A DNA stretch of 64,000 bases from Eledone cirrhosa (lineage: Eukaryota): contig OZ024740.1 of NCBI GenBank assembly GCA_964016885.1, positions 170,128,001 through 170,192,000 of the forward strand, given 5' to 3'. Position 1 is the first letter of the stretch. Each line of letters opens with the position of its first letter. The translations under genes and the position numbers were made by a program. The notes beneath the pieces were generated by a model. The model was not told the origin of the DNA and did not search any database. It saw only the letters and a list, made by a program, of their open reading frames with translations. This document shows, piece by piece, positions 1 through 12,046 of this stretch.

Positions 1-380
1 GATTAGTGGATAGAAGAAGACAGTCATCAGGATATAAACCACCTTTAAGGTGGGGAAAAGATGAATTAATGTTAATTAGAAGAAAAAGGCCCACAAGATC
101 GGTAATTTGGGCAGAATCACTAGAGCCGATGTTGTGGGCGTTTTTCTTCTATTAACATTAATTCATCTCCAGGGCGGCCGACCGGGGTAGCAGCTGCTAA
201 ATGCTCGGTCGCCCTCATGTCTATGATTTTCAGCCCCATGGATTTGTTTATTATATTCCGTTATTATATTTCGAATACCTGATGATGTCACCGGATTCAT
301 ACTGAACCCGGTCATTGAAATGATCATAGTATAATAAACCTTTTAAGGAATTACACAAGTCCAACCTCTTGTTATTTTAT
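1..380 (+). mobile_element. 3' end (pLTR-like remnant) of a PLE-type element with fold-back hairpins and an HHR, ending in (TA)n
   Basis: Inverted repeat ~60-102 / 126-167, a second hairpin ~171-215, HHR at 275-332, AATAAA at ~333, then a TA tract. Confidence 0.6.
275..332 (+). ncRNA. Type I hammerhead ribozyme, minimal PLE type
   Basis: ATAC-CTGATGA-stem II (accgg...ccggt)-GAAA-TGATCA (palindromic stem III)-TA-GTAT; stem I is ATAC/GTAT. Confidence 0.8.
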
Positions 381-566
<186 letters not shown>

Positions 567-821
567 GGTATTACATCAATTTATATAACATTCGTCTATT
601 TACATGCTTTGCATTTAATCACTTGTCGATCGACTAATCAATAAGTATGTACTATGCATCTTACCATACTTGTCAGTTGCTGTATGATTTATGTCATGTG
701 AATTAAGTAAACGTGAAGTATAAACCTATAATACACTAGTATACGGCATAAGGAGTAGGTTCAATATTTGCCACGTATCTTCATCCATCCATACATATAT
801 ATGTATGTGCGTGTATGTGTG

Positions 822-888
<67 letters not shown>

Positions 889-895
<7 letters not shown>

Positions 896-1260
896 TGTAT
901 GGCCATGTTACTGGGATGCATGATGAAAGACTGCCTAAAATTTTAACTTATGCCCAACTTCAAGCGGGAGTGCGAAATGTAAGAAGGCCCCTGTTTAGAT
1001 ATAAGAATAAACTGATGGATAATATCAAGTATATTGGAATACAAGCATCAACATTTGAGGAACGTACAAATGCCCATCATATTTGGAGGAAATCTGTCAA
1101 AATGGCATCAGAAGCCATGTCAACATGAAGGATTAAGCACCTAGAGGATCTACGGCAATGGGAAAGAAATGAAGTTTCTGTTCAACGATTTGTGTATGAG
1201 GAATGCGACTACGCTTGTGAAAGCTGGGCAGAATTAGACTCAAACTCTAAAATGTGGAGT
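889..1260 (+). pseudogene. RTE-clade LINE, 3' ORF fragment
   Basis: [39 protein letters not shown]...WRKSV matches the RTE C-terminal pattern GHV.RM...RLPK...G.R..GRP..RYKD...WR..V. Confidence 0.75.
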
Positions 1261-1401
1261 AACGGCAAAGTAAAATCTCTGAGCCCTTTTTTGTGGAAGA
1301 CCAGCAGTCGCCCATGCAAACCAGCCTCCCACTGAATTGAAAGCCCAATGCTCTAATCACTAAGCCATGCGCCTTCATATATATATATATATATATATAT
1401 A

Positions 1402-2070
1402 TTAGTACAGCATAGACGAAGCTCTATTATACAGCCAAGCTAGCGTGTATGCTTATTCTGTTTGTAGCTTTAGCACTCATATGAGGTAAGACCCCAGAGT
1501 ATAACATTATGTTCAGACAGCTTAGCAAATCAGATATAGCAGTCGGCAGTCCGACCGCATCACCAGAGCAACGAAAATACAGGACCCAGGTAAGGATTTT
1601 TTACTGACCTGGACATAACGCTGAGGCTGGGTGTAAACTATACAATCCACATGGTGTTTCCACAATATTGATCGCAAAATCGCACGCAGAGACAGCGCTA
1701 AGTTTCTGCAAATCCATGATCGACAAATTCCTATTGCAGGAGTCTGCAATATAATGGTTTTTGACGACAGAACATAGGATTTACTTCTTCAGCAAGTCTT
1801 TCGTTCTTAGCCAAAGAGGGTATGCTGTGACTTTAATGATCGCCACAGACACATGGTTTCGCCCGAAGGGGGGTAACCCCCGCTTAGGCGGTGTATTCTA
1901 ATTTGAGATAAAGGAATGAATCCCCTTATTCAAACCGAATAAAGCACTCGTCTAGAAGTTATCAAACAAACTTAAACAATTAATTAATCAATAGAATCAT
2001 CAAATAAAATTAATCAGTTAATCGTTAATTCTAGGAGTAAATATAAATTCTTCAAATTTATTATTATTAC
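1402..2070. mobile_element. Unclassified ~670-bp insertion flanked by (TA)n, with GC-rich hairpins
   Basis: TA tracts on both sides; hairpins at ~1825-1890; no recognisable ORF. Confidence 0.35.
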
Positions 2071-2270
<200 letters not shown>

Positions 2271-2416
2271 CGTATTTAAGAAAGCCACAACAATGCAAAG
2301 GGAAATCTCGAGGTAGGAAGTGAAATATAGATAGGAAAAACAGGTGAAAGTGAAAATTGAGAGAGACAAAGATGAAAACAAAACAAAGGTAGAAGGGTTA
2401 CCGTAGTAGAGATTTA

Positions 2417-2454
2417 ATCCCAATATTTCGGGCTCACGCCCATCAACGGGGGAA
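2417..2454 (-). ncRNA. Variant minimal HHR in the 3' pLTR (identical copy at 5862-5899)
   Basis: Minus strand reads TCCC-CCGTTGAT-GGGC-GTGA-GCCC-GAAA-TATT-GGGA. Confidence 0.55.
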
Positions 2455-3057
2455 AAGTTCCAAAAGGGGGGAAACAGGCCAAGCGGAGAAAGTTGTGATG
2501 TCGTTAAGACAGGAATGCCGTTATGGGGAGAAAAATATTTAAAATTTAAACGAGGGAAAGAATGCGCGTGCGCGTGATAGGCTGTTGCAAAAGCTACTGA
2601 CCAAATGGGTTAAATCAAGAGGGTGCGTTAGCGTGTGAAAGCCGTAAGATATGTGTATGTAAATATATATGTGTGTGTAACTGTGTGTGTATAAGTGTAA
2701 GTGTGTATATGTGTGAGTGTGTGTGCGTGTGAAAGATAGTGGGCTGTAGAAGTTGGAAATCAAAGGGTGTGAAAGGTGGTAGGTTGTAAAATATGTGTGC
2801 GTGTATAAATATAGATGTGTGTGTGTAAGCGTATGGGTATACATGTGTGTGTAACTGTGTGTGTATATGTGTGAGTGCGTTTGTGTGTGAAAGATAGTGG
2901 GCTGTAGAAGCTGGAAATCAAAGGGTGTGAAAGGTGGTAGGTTGTAAAAACATGTGTGCGTGTATAAATATAGATGTGTGTGTGTATGCGTATGGGTATG
3001 CATATACGTGCGTGTGTGTGAAGATAGCAGGCCGTAGGCTGTGAATGGTCATTATGG

Positions 3058-4983
3058 TTAAGTTAGCCATGTCAGCTCATTTCTCTCAGCCCGGTTGTTA
3101 AGTGGGGGTCTGAGGTTCTTAATAACAAGTGCTTCCTTTATCCTTAAGGATCCGATGCTGCGTTCAGTCGCTAGGACTGTGACCAAGGGTCTACCCTCTG
3201 GGTTTCCGCATTTAAGGATATGTTTACGGAAGGAAGATGCGTTGGTGTTGATATGTTCCTTGATACGAACATGTAGGGGTCGGATGGTGCTACCTATGTA
3301 AAACTTGTTACATTTATCGCATTGAATCTTATATACGACATAGGTGCGTAGGCAATCTGCCCCCCGTATCGGGCAGTTGCTGAGGGAACACGTCCCATCT
3401 GCCTCGTAGGGTTTGTTGGAGAGGCATCTTCGCAGCGAAGGTCCTGTGTGGGCCAAATGTATGTCAAGTCCCTCCGTCCGTATGGCCCTGCGGATGGCGT
3501 TCGTGGTATATTCACTCAGGTGGGGGATTTTAAAGAAGCACCTGCTAATATTAAGTTTTCTAGTGGGTGTCAGTCTACTGGGTCTGGGGTCTCTAATTCC
3601 GTTAATCAGTCGCTTGGGATAACCATTAGATCTGAGTAGATTACGGAATTGCGTGGTATGGGTGAGACCACCCATCGGGTCGCTGCATCTGTTAGTGATC
3701 CGTGTCAGTTCATTTAGGACATAGCCTCTCTTAGCTTTGTTGGGGAGGGCTGAGTTATAATGCACAAATAAGTCCTTGCACGCTGCTTTGCGGTAGAAGG
3801 TGGTGTTTATGACTCCTTCTTCCGAGATGTTGATACGGAAGTCGAGGAGGGCGAATGACCCGTCTTCTCCTGGGTGTTCGATGGTGAAATCGATGTGCTG
3901 GTCAGTATCGTTGAAGATTTGGTGAATTTCATTCGCCATCTCCCGGGAAGAAGTAAGTATCAGGATATCATCAACGTATCTGGAGTAGAAGGCGACGGCG
4001 TTGGGTTGGCAGGTATTGAGTGCCTTGCGTTCCAGGTGGTCCATGTACGAGATCGCAAGTATGCCGGACAGACTAGAGCCCATAGGTAGCCCAGAAATTT
4101 GTTTGTACGTGTGGCCGAGGAAATTGAAGAGTGCATTATCCACAACGAAGGAGAGGAGTTGGTGGATGTCCGTGTGTGTGAGTCCGAAGCAGTGTAAGTT
4201 AGATGCTCGGACTCGTTCGGTCAACAGGTCGACAGCTGGGGATGCTGGTACGGAGGTATAAAGGGCGACCACATCAAGACTGAAAGCATAACCGTTGTCC
4301 TTTCTGGTGTTGGGCGCCAGATGGTGTAGTCGCTCCAAGACTTCCTTTGAGCTGCAGACGTGGGCTGGTAGTGTGTGTAGAATAGGTTTCAGTAGTGTGG
4401 AGAGCAGCCACGATATTTTGTAGAGTGGGCCCTCCACGCTAGAGACAATGGGCCTGATTTTCAAATCGGGTCCTTGTTTATGTGTTTTGACCAGGTGGTA
4501 GAAGGTGGGTAATTTGCTGTTTCGAGTCATTATGTTGTTTTTTACCTTCTTTGGCAGTTTTCGTTGGACACAGATGTTAGTCCATATGGTGTTAATGCCT
4601 TCCTCGATTAGAGTCGAGGAGGTCCCTGTGACTTTCGAGTAGAGGCTGTGGTCATTAAGATGTTGGAGAGCTAAGTTGTTGTAGGTCTCTCTCGAGATGA
4701 CACAGAATTCTTTCCCCTTGTCAGAGGGAAGGTACACAAGGTTCCTGGATCTTAGGTTGGTGAGAGTATTAAATTGTGCATTGGTGAGGTTGCGTTTATT
4801 GTGTGTGTGTGTGTGTTGGGAAAGGATGTTAGAGATAGAATGTTTCAACCTGAGTAGTTTAGTGTCAAGTTCGTGGTTGGTGGGTGGGGGTGGAGTGGGT
4901 TGTCGAGGTGATACGTGGGGAGTGTGGGGTGGGTTGTGGGGTTGTAATCGATCTCGGTGTTGTTTTGGATGGCGGTTAGCCAT
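3058..4983 (-). CDS. PLE reverse transcriptase plus GIY-YIG endonuclease (C-terminal part, after a frameshift)
   Basis: Motifs SDKG, KTHK..IRPIVS, SLDVVALYTSVP, GLPMGSSLS, RYVDD, FYRK; linker CSLSNCP...C; VVYKIQCDKCNKFYIGST...RIKEH; EAL.I...P.LN. Confidence 0.93.
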   Translation of the reverse strand: MANRHPKQHRDRLQPHNPPHTPHVSPRQPTPPPPTNHELDTKLLRLKHSISNILSQHTHTHNKRNLTNAQFNTLTNLRSRNLVYLPSDKGKEFCVISRETYNNLALQHLNDHSLYSKVTGTSSTLIEEGINTIWTNICVQRKLPKKVKNNIMTRNSKLPTFYHLVKTHKQGPDLKIRPIVSSVEGPLYKISWLLSTLLKPILHTLPAHVCSSKEVLERLHHLAPNTRKDNGYAFSLDVVALYTSVPASPAVDLLTERVRASNLHCFGLTHTDIHQLLSFVVDNALFNFLGHTYKQISGLPMGSSLSGILAISYMDHLERKALNTCQPNAVAFYSRYVDDILILTSSREMANEIHQIFNDTDQHIDFTIEHPGEDGSFALLDFRINISEEGVINTTFYRKAACKDLFVHYNSALPNKAKRGYVLNELTRITNRCSDPMGGLTHTTQFRNLLRSNGYPKRLINGIRDPRPSRLTPTRKLNISRCFFKIPHLSEYTTNAIRRAIRTEGLDIHLAHTGPSLRRCLSNKPYEADGTCSLSNCPIRGADCLRTYVVYKIQCDKCNKFYIGSTIRPLHVRIKEHINTNASSFRKHILKCGNPEGRPLVTVLATERSIGSLRIKEALVIKNLRPPLNNRAERNELTWLT

Positions 4984-5696
4984 TTCAGTTGATAAGCTGT
5001 CCGACAGAAGTTGGTTTCGATGTCGAGTTTCAGTCTATCATCGAGACGCTGTGTAATGATGAACTTGGGTCCGAGGCGCAGAAGTTCGAGTTCGTCGTTG
5101 GTGAGGGTACCGGTTAAGTCGGTAACGAGGTGTGAAGCATCGTTGGTAGGTAGATCGCTGTTGGGGGGTGTAGCGGAGGGTGTTGTATAGCTGTTGCCCC
5201 TGGTGTGGTTGTAGTCGGTCCGTCTGTGGGAGCGGATGTTGTCAATGTAGTATTTGTTTACAGTCCATTCGTATTTCCGTATAAGGCGCTGTTTATCAAA
5301 TTTGACTCTGGTGTGGTAACACTGATCTATAGCTTTGCGTATATCCTGGACTTGGTGGTCAGGGGTGAGGGTTGGAGCTATACGATCTAAGTGCTCAGAA
5401 AGCGTTTGTATATGGAGTCGCAGTTGGTGGTGGTTGTGTCGTAGTATTTTCTTGATAAACGTGCGTTGAATGTGGCGGATGGTGTTTTCGAAGGATGGTG
5501 ATCGTAAACATTCGGGTAGATGTATATTCCTGATGGTGGTTGGAATGATGTTGTTCTTTAGGCAGCGTTTTAAGAAGGTAATTTGGCAACCGAGTTTGGC
5601 ACGATTCTCCGATAGTCTGAATAGGTCCCTTATGGGTGCAAACAAGTCCTGGCTCAGGTGTAATGATAAGAGGGTGTTAAAGTTTGCTTGAAGCAT
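4845..5696 (-). CDS. PLE ORF N-terminal part (MLQANFNTL...), joined to the RT part by a frameshift near 4870-4910
   Basis: FLKRCLKNNIIP and VTDLTGTLTNDELELLRLGPKF are typical PLE N-terminal motifs; starts directly after the 5' pLTR. Confidence 0.85.
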   Translation of the reverse strand: MLQANFNTLLSLHLSQDLFAPIRDLFRLSENRAKLGCQITFLKRCLKNNIIPTTIRNIHLPECLRSPSFENTIRHIQRTFIKKILRHNHHQLRLHIQTLSEHLDRIAPTLTPDHQVQDIRKAIDQCYHTRVKFDKQRLIRKYEWTVNKYYIDNIRSHRRTDYNHTRGNSYTTPSATPPNSDLPTNDASHLVTDLTGTLTNDELELLRLGPKFIITQRLDDRLKLDIETNFCRTAYQLKWLTAIQNNTEIDYNPTTHPTLPTYHLDNPLHPHPPTTNLTLNYSG

Positions 5697-7369
5697 TGTG
5701 AAATGTGTAAAATTACGTATTTAAGAAAGCCACAACAATGCAAAGGGAAATCTCGAGGTAGGAAGTGAAATATAGATAGGAAAAACAGGTGAAAGTGAAA
5801 ATTGAGAGAGACAAAGATGAAAACAAAACAAAGGTAGAAGGGTTACCGTAGTAGAGATTTAATCCCAATATTTCGGGCTCACGCCCATCAACGGGGGAAA
5901 AGTTCCAAAAGGGGGGAAACAGGCCAAGCGGAGAAAGTTGTGATGTCGTTAAGACAGGAATGCCGTTTTGTTTTCATCTTTGTCTCTCTCAATTTTCACT
6001 TTCACCTGTTTTTCCTATCTATATTTCACTTCCTACCTCGAGATTTCCCTTTGCATTGTTGTGGCTTTCTTAAATACGTAATTTTACACATTTCACAATG
6101 CTTCAAGCAAACTTTAACACCCTCTTATATATATATATATATATATATATGCGTTTATCTTGCATTCGGTTACCATTTGTTAAAACAGGTAACCATAATA
6201 TATGTAGCAACATTTGTTAAAACAGGTAACCATAATATAAATAATTGTTTCTACTTTTGGCACAAGGCCAGCAATTATACCAGTGTATTACTGAATATAA
6301 ATAATGTTATACTTTAATATACGACTCAGAACTTTCAGTGAAATGCGTAACGTCTTTATTGCTGGAGTTGAATACAAGAGTAAAAAGATGAAAGGTCATT
6401 CCGATAGTTTATCTTAGCAAATATATTGCTTTAGTTACTGATAACGTTTCGTTGGAAAGAGTTGAAACATTCATGTAATTTTGTATTAGTAAATAATTAA
6501 TAGCATACATTTAATTAAGGTATTCGACTGTATTCGATTATCGATGTTCTATTACATAGAAACTGCCAAAATACTTGAGGCATCACCTAAAATATTAAAG
6601 ATTTTTAAATTTATTCGTATTATTCTAAGTAGCATGAGCTTTCAATTATGTCTCTTAGAAGTTGGAATTAACAAAAAACAATTATTAGTCTTCTATATCA
6701 ATCCTCATTGAGCAAGATATATGCTTATACTTATCCTGTACCAACTTTATCATAGAATAATATTAGCTATTAATTGAGATGCATATACGAGCACGAGAAA
6801 TATGTGCAGATAATTATGATATTCGGCCGATAATGTTTAGTCACTAAATGCCTATTCTTTTTAAATCTATATTCTATTTATTTTGTTTAGCTTCAGTAGA
6901 TAATTTAAGTTGCAGTTTTGAGGAAGTTGAGCTGGCGCCAAAATCTCTTCCTTGTAGCAAAAAAAGAAAAAAAAACTATTCACACCAGAAATATTCAACA
7001 CCTTGTTCCCATGGATGTCATTTTAAGAATATTCATCTTCACAATTCAATGAATGATAGCATCTTTCTTTATGATAGTTTTCACTAGACACAATTAAATT
7101 GACCTACTATTTTATATGACACTCTAAACTACAAATTCGTTCTGCATATATTGTTTTACTGTATAGTTATTATGCTAAATTTATTTATGACTCAGTAGGC
7201 AATATTTAATTCTACTTCCTGCTTTATTTGCGGTGAGGTTTTATTTCCAAATATACTTATCTTTACTTACCTTGAACCTAAAGATCGCAGGGCGTTGATT
7301 ATGCAGCGTATCTTGGGCAAATACTACCCGGTGGAGCTTATCCCACACAAACTGTAAATGATAGTTTAT

Positions 7370-7984
7370 GTTTCTTTAATAATGATTTCTACTTTTGGCA
7401 CAAGGCCAGCAATTATCCCAGTGTATTACTGGTACTTTATTTTATCGACTCCGTAAGGATGAAAGGCAAAGTTAACCTCGGCGTGATTTGAACTCAGACC
7501 ATAAAGGGTCGTAACTCTTTGCTGCATAGCATGACTTCCGACCCTCTACCGATACTGCCAATCCACCAGTTTCTTTAATAATTGTTTCTACGTTTGGCAC
7601 AAGGCCAGCAATTACCCAGTACATTACTAGTACTTTATTTTATCGACCACGTAAGGATGAGAGGCAAAGTTAACCTCAGCGGGATTTGAACTCAGAATGT
7701 CAAAGGTCGTAACTCTATACGTCAAAGCATGGCGTCTGACCCTCTACCAATACTGCCAATCCACCAGTTTCTTTAATAATTGTTTCTACTTTTGGCACAA
7801 GGCCATCAATTACCCAGTACATTACTGGTACTTTATTTTATCGACCCCGTAAGGATGAAAGGCAAAGTTAACCTCGGCGGGATTTGAACTCAGACCGCAA
7901 AGGGACGTAACTATGCTGGAAAGCATGGCATCCGACTCTCTACCGATACTGCCAATCCACCGCCCTTACCAGTTTCTTTAATAA
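7370..7984 (-). mobile_element. Head-to-tail trimer of a tRNA-derived SINE (~199-bp unit)
   Basis: Units start at 7370, 7569 and 7767. Minus strand has A box TGGCAGTATCGG, B box GAGTTCAAATCC and a CCTTTCATCCTTACGGGGTCGATAAAATAAAGTACCAG core resembling the Nin domain. Confidence 0.9.
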
Positions 7985-9422
7985 TACCTATCAAAAAGCA
8001 ATAATACGCAGCATTAAACATATGATATAATAATATATTATTTCTAATACGAACACGAATATTTTAACAAATATATGCAAAAACACAAATTTATGTCTAG
8101 ATATTGTGCTATCAATTATAGAGAGATGACTTGTACGTATGGGAATATCCATGTAGAGTTATATCTGTATAAACACAGATGGAGTAATCAAGATTGCACC
8201 AATGTGTATATAAAAATACACATATCTAATAAATATGAATGTAAACTTGCCAGAATAGACGAATTTACCTGTAAATTGAAAAAGAAAATGATAAACACCT
8301 TTAATCAATTTTCTGATCTAATTGAGGCCTCATAATCTTTTATACCCGTTTCTCTGAGTTGGACAGGTCTTTTTAAGGAAGTGGATTTTTACAGCTGTTT
8401 TCCTTCATAATCTCGCCTCTTTTAGTATGCGTGTGTGTCGATATATATTAAAAGAGGTAGATAGACAGACAGGCAAACAGACAGATAAATAGATCTATCA
8501 ATAGATAAACACATACACACACACAAACATATATATGTGTGTGTGAGAGAGAGAGAGTGAGAGAGAGGGGGGGGGGAAGAGATGGCATACAATTAAATTA
8601 CTAAGAGCAAATGAATGGCACGAATTTAGTCGTGAATATGATGAAGAGTAACCTTATATTGAACATTTTAATGAAGTTTATGCGTCAATTTTTTTTTTTA
8701 CCACCATTTATATCAGGGGCCCTATGTATCTAATAGGAGAAGTGTAGCGGTATACTAACCAATTAGTTAGGATTTAAGGAATATTTTGTTTTCTAATAAT
8801 TGTTTTATGCGAGAAAAAGAGAAAAGGATTTTGTTGATATACTGGGCCAAGTTATTTCAGTGTCTTTTTTATTGGAAGATATTATTACTCAGAACAGTTA
8901 TCTTTGTTAAACCTATAAGAGTAAATGATGTACCTCCTTTACTCCTTATCTCAAGAGAAAATCTATTTCTATTATCTTAACCTTTAATCGATATGTCTGA
9001 CAATACGTCAACTACTATTCTCTTGATAGTCTTATATTTTATTTTATGTAAAATTGATGTGTTGTTATACGTAAAATTTTCTAATTTTTCAATGGTACTG
9101 TCACCTTAAATTGACCATTATTGCTATAACACCAGCAAAAACAACACCAATAAAAGCAATAGTAACGAAAATGTAGCAATGATATTTTAATAAAACATGA
9201 ACATTAATATTGTGATCTTCACCCTCATCAGCACCAATAACAACAACAACAACAAGACGACACAACTACGTAATGGTGCGTAAACTGAAAGACACATACA
9301 CATACATATACATAGAGAGAGAAACACAAACAGACACACACACTCACACACATATACACATATACAACTACAACAGCAGCAAGACGACACAACTACATAA
9401 TGGTGCGCAAACAGAAACACAC

Positions 9423-9504
<82 letters not shown>

Positions 9505-10021
9505 ATATATTGATACACACGAATATGCATATTTATATGCAAGGAATTATAAGGAAATTTGCTGTTATGTTTAAAAACCTGAACATTAACCACAACATAG
9601 AGGAAAGAAGGAAAGAATAATAATTAATTCGAACACATCAAAGATATTTTTTCTTATATCTTTCTCTTTTTTACAATATAGAATTTTTTTGCCTTTGTTT
9701 TCATTTTTATATTTGTGTGTTTTGTGTTCGAAGTAACTTCATGTCTATATTAAGAAATCTCTGATTATTAATAATCCCGAAATATTAACATGAGCAGAGT
9801 TTGCATAGAAAACAAAAACAAAGGTTATTTGTTAACTTTTATCTTTTCTCTATGAAGACAAGAAAACGTAAATTGAAATGTTATTAAGTTAATGTATACA
9901 AGCAAGAAGCACTTGTAATGGTGACCATGCTTGCTGTAATGAAAACTCTTATAGTCACGATATTCCACAACTGATTGGCATTTGCATGGCTCACGTTTAC
10001 AAAGACACATGCGTTTTAAAT

Positions 10022-10071
<50 letters not shown>

Positions 10072-10129
10072 TGAGACACACACACACACACACAGACAGA
10101 GAGAGAGTGAGAGTGGGGTAGAGAGATAT

Positions 10130-10311
10130 ACTGAGAATTTGAAAGAAGCATCAACGCCGCTTGACCATGAAAAATCAGTGTCGTATGTTGGGCAAGTAAA
10201 ATCTGAATACGATACTGTACAAAATTTGTTCCGTATCGGGGTTTACACGCCCAATGTATGGAACAGTTTTTCATGGTCAAGCAGCGTTGATGCTTTTTTC
10301 AAATCCTCAGA
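10130..10311. repeat. Fold-back element with ~44-bp arms
   Basis: agcatcaacgccgcttgaccatgaaaa pairs with ttttcatggtcaagcagcgttgatgct. Confidence 0.85.
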
Positions 10312-10343
10312 CATCCAATTGCTCAGCGATTCTAGGCATAGAT

Positions 10344-10385
<42 letters not shown>

Positions 10386-10388
<3 letters not shown>

Positions 10389-10628
10389 GAAGGACGGTTT
10401 GTTAAGCCTTCATTTATTGATTGGTGACGCGCGTTTGATCAGCTCAAGGTTTGATCTGTATCGATACACATCGAACCTTGAGCTGATCAAAAGCGAAACG
10501 CGCGTCACGAATCAATAAAAGTAATCACAGCTTAACAAATCGTCATTGTATTGTTATATTACAGCCTGTTTAGCTCTACAACTCGCTACTGACGTGAACC
10601 TACAGTAACTTCACGTTACACTCCCTGG
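10386..10628 (+). mobile_element. TA-flanked fold-back element with an HHR-like 3' half (GAAA-CGCGCG-TC)
   Basis: Arms ~10386-10455 / 10468-10552; CTGATCA-aaagc-GAAACGCGCGTC at 10483-10506. Confidence 0.6.
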
Positions 10629-10847
10629 ATATATATATATATATATATAAAGAAAATGTTGCTCTACATGGCTGAATACATGGCTATAAAATTGAGGCTT
10701 GTTTGCAAAATTGCAATCGAATCGAATTTTATTATTAATATTCGAAAATATTCGAATGTTATTATTAATATTCGAAAAACTCAGATTAAATTTATATATA
10801 TATAAATCTGATCAGAGCAAACAGCACGGACACTCTATCTCAAAATT

Positions 10848-10886
10848 ATTTTTGAAAAGCATTTAGAAATGCGCAACCGGTAAAAA
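10848..10886 (+). ncRNA. Degenerate U3-A8 variant HHR
   Basis: TTT-TTGAAAA-GCATT-taga-AATGC-GCAA-CCGG-TA-AAA; upstream ctctatctcaa resembles the ctccatctcaa leader of the 36377 and 58479 copies. Confidence 0.55.
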
Positions 10887-11042
10887 CTTAAAAACTTAAA
10901 ACCACAACTGAATACTAACCCATACAATCACTAATACTCTTTTATTCCTAATTAAACCATTTTTCAACTGTGAACAATTTGTCAGCTTTTTCTATTCCGT
11001 TTACCAATATATAATAACTTGTGTGTTACACCTCTATTCTTT

Positions 11043-11192
<150 letters not shown>

Positions 11193-11990
11193 TATATAAG
11201 AAAGAAAGAGAGAGAGAAAGAGAGAGAGGGAGAGGTGTATGCTTAGCTTAATTCTCGGGAGAAATATTCATGATCTAGATGCACGGGATATTGCGAAAAC
11301 CGCTACGGACTGCTGTCTGACACTGTTTAAAAACTCAAAATCTTGACTTTTGCTTGAAAAGCGAAGGGGGCTCAAAGCGTACGTACTGAATGCTGGAAGC
11401 CTTTAGCTATCAAAAATCAGAATATAGCGAGATGGTCACCGCATATTTCTAGTGAGTGTATCCTTATTCCATGTACATTTACATATTCATGTATGGCCAT
11501 TAACACTCTCTATTTCATTGGCACTTGAACAATCTGTTGTTTTTCATCCTGCAGGGTGTTATAAACTAAACGGAATGATCAGTTTTATCAATTGGTGAAC
11601 CACAAAACACACACACACACTCACACACATATTTTATTATCCGTGTACTAGTTATGTGGTAGTTACATTTCTTTTCCTAGTGTAGTATTTTCGTTTGTTA
11701 AATGAGAGTTCGTTTCACTTCAGTGATATACACAAAACATAGAAATGTCTTAGCTCACCTTATGATTTGCATAACGACAATTTTTAATAATCTTTTTTGG
11801 CTTAAAAGAAATTTCTTCAACATATGTGTATTCTACAACATTAAAATGAGATATATTGGTTCTTTTTATGCCAAATTTGCTTTACGAGCTTCGAGCTTCT
11901 TATAACAATATGATACGACATATATATATATTAGAGATGCATTCCTACCAACGCAATTGACAACAGTAATAGCCAATAGTCCTCTCATTC

Positions 11991-12046
<56 letters not shown>

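Noticed and set aside
3095-5691. Plus-strand ORFs overlapping the Penelope ORF (likewise those antisense to the LINE at 59692-63802)
   Set aside because: Antisense shadows of GC-richer coding sequence with no recognisable motifs.
7370-7984. Regular repeats as a possible CRISPR array or tRNA gene cluster
   Set aside because: Whole 199-bp units repeat with no unique spacers; A/B boxes belong to SINE heads with no complete cloverleaf; eukaryotic context.
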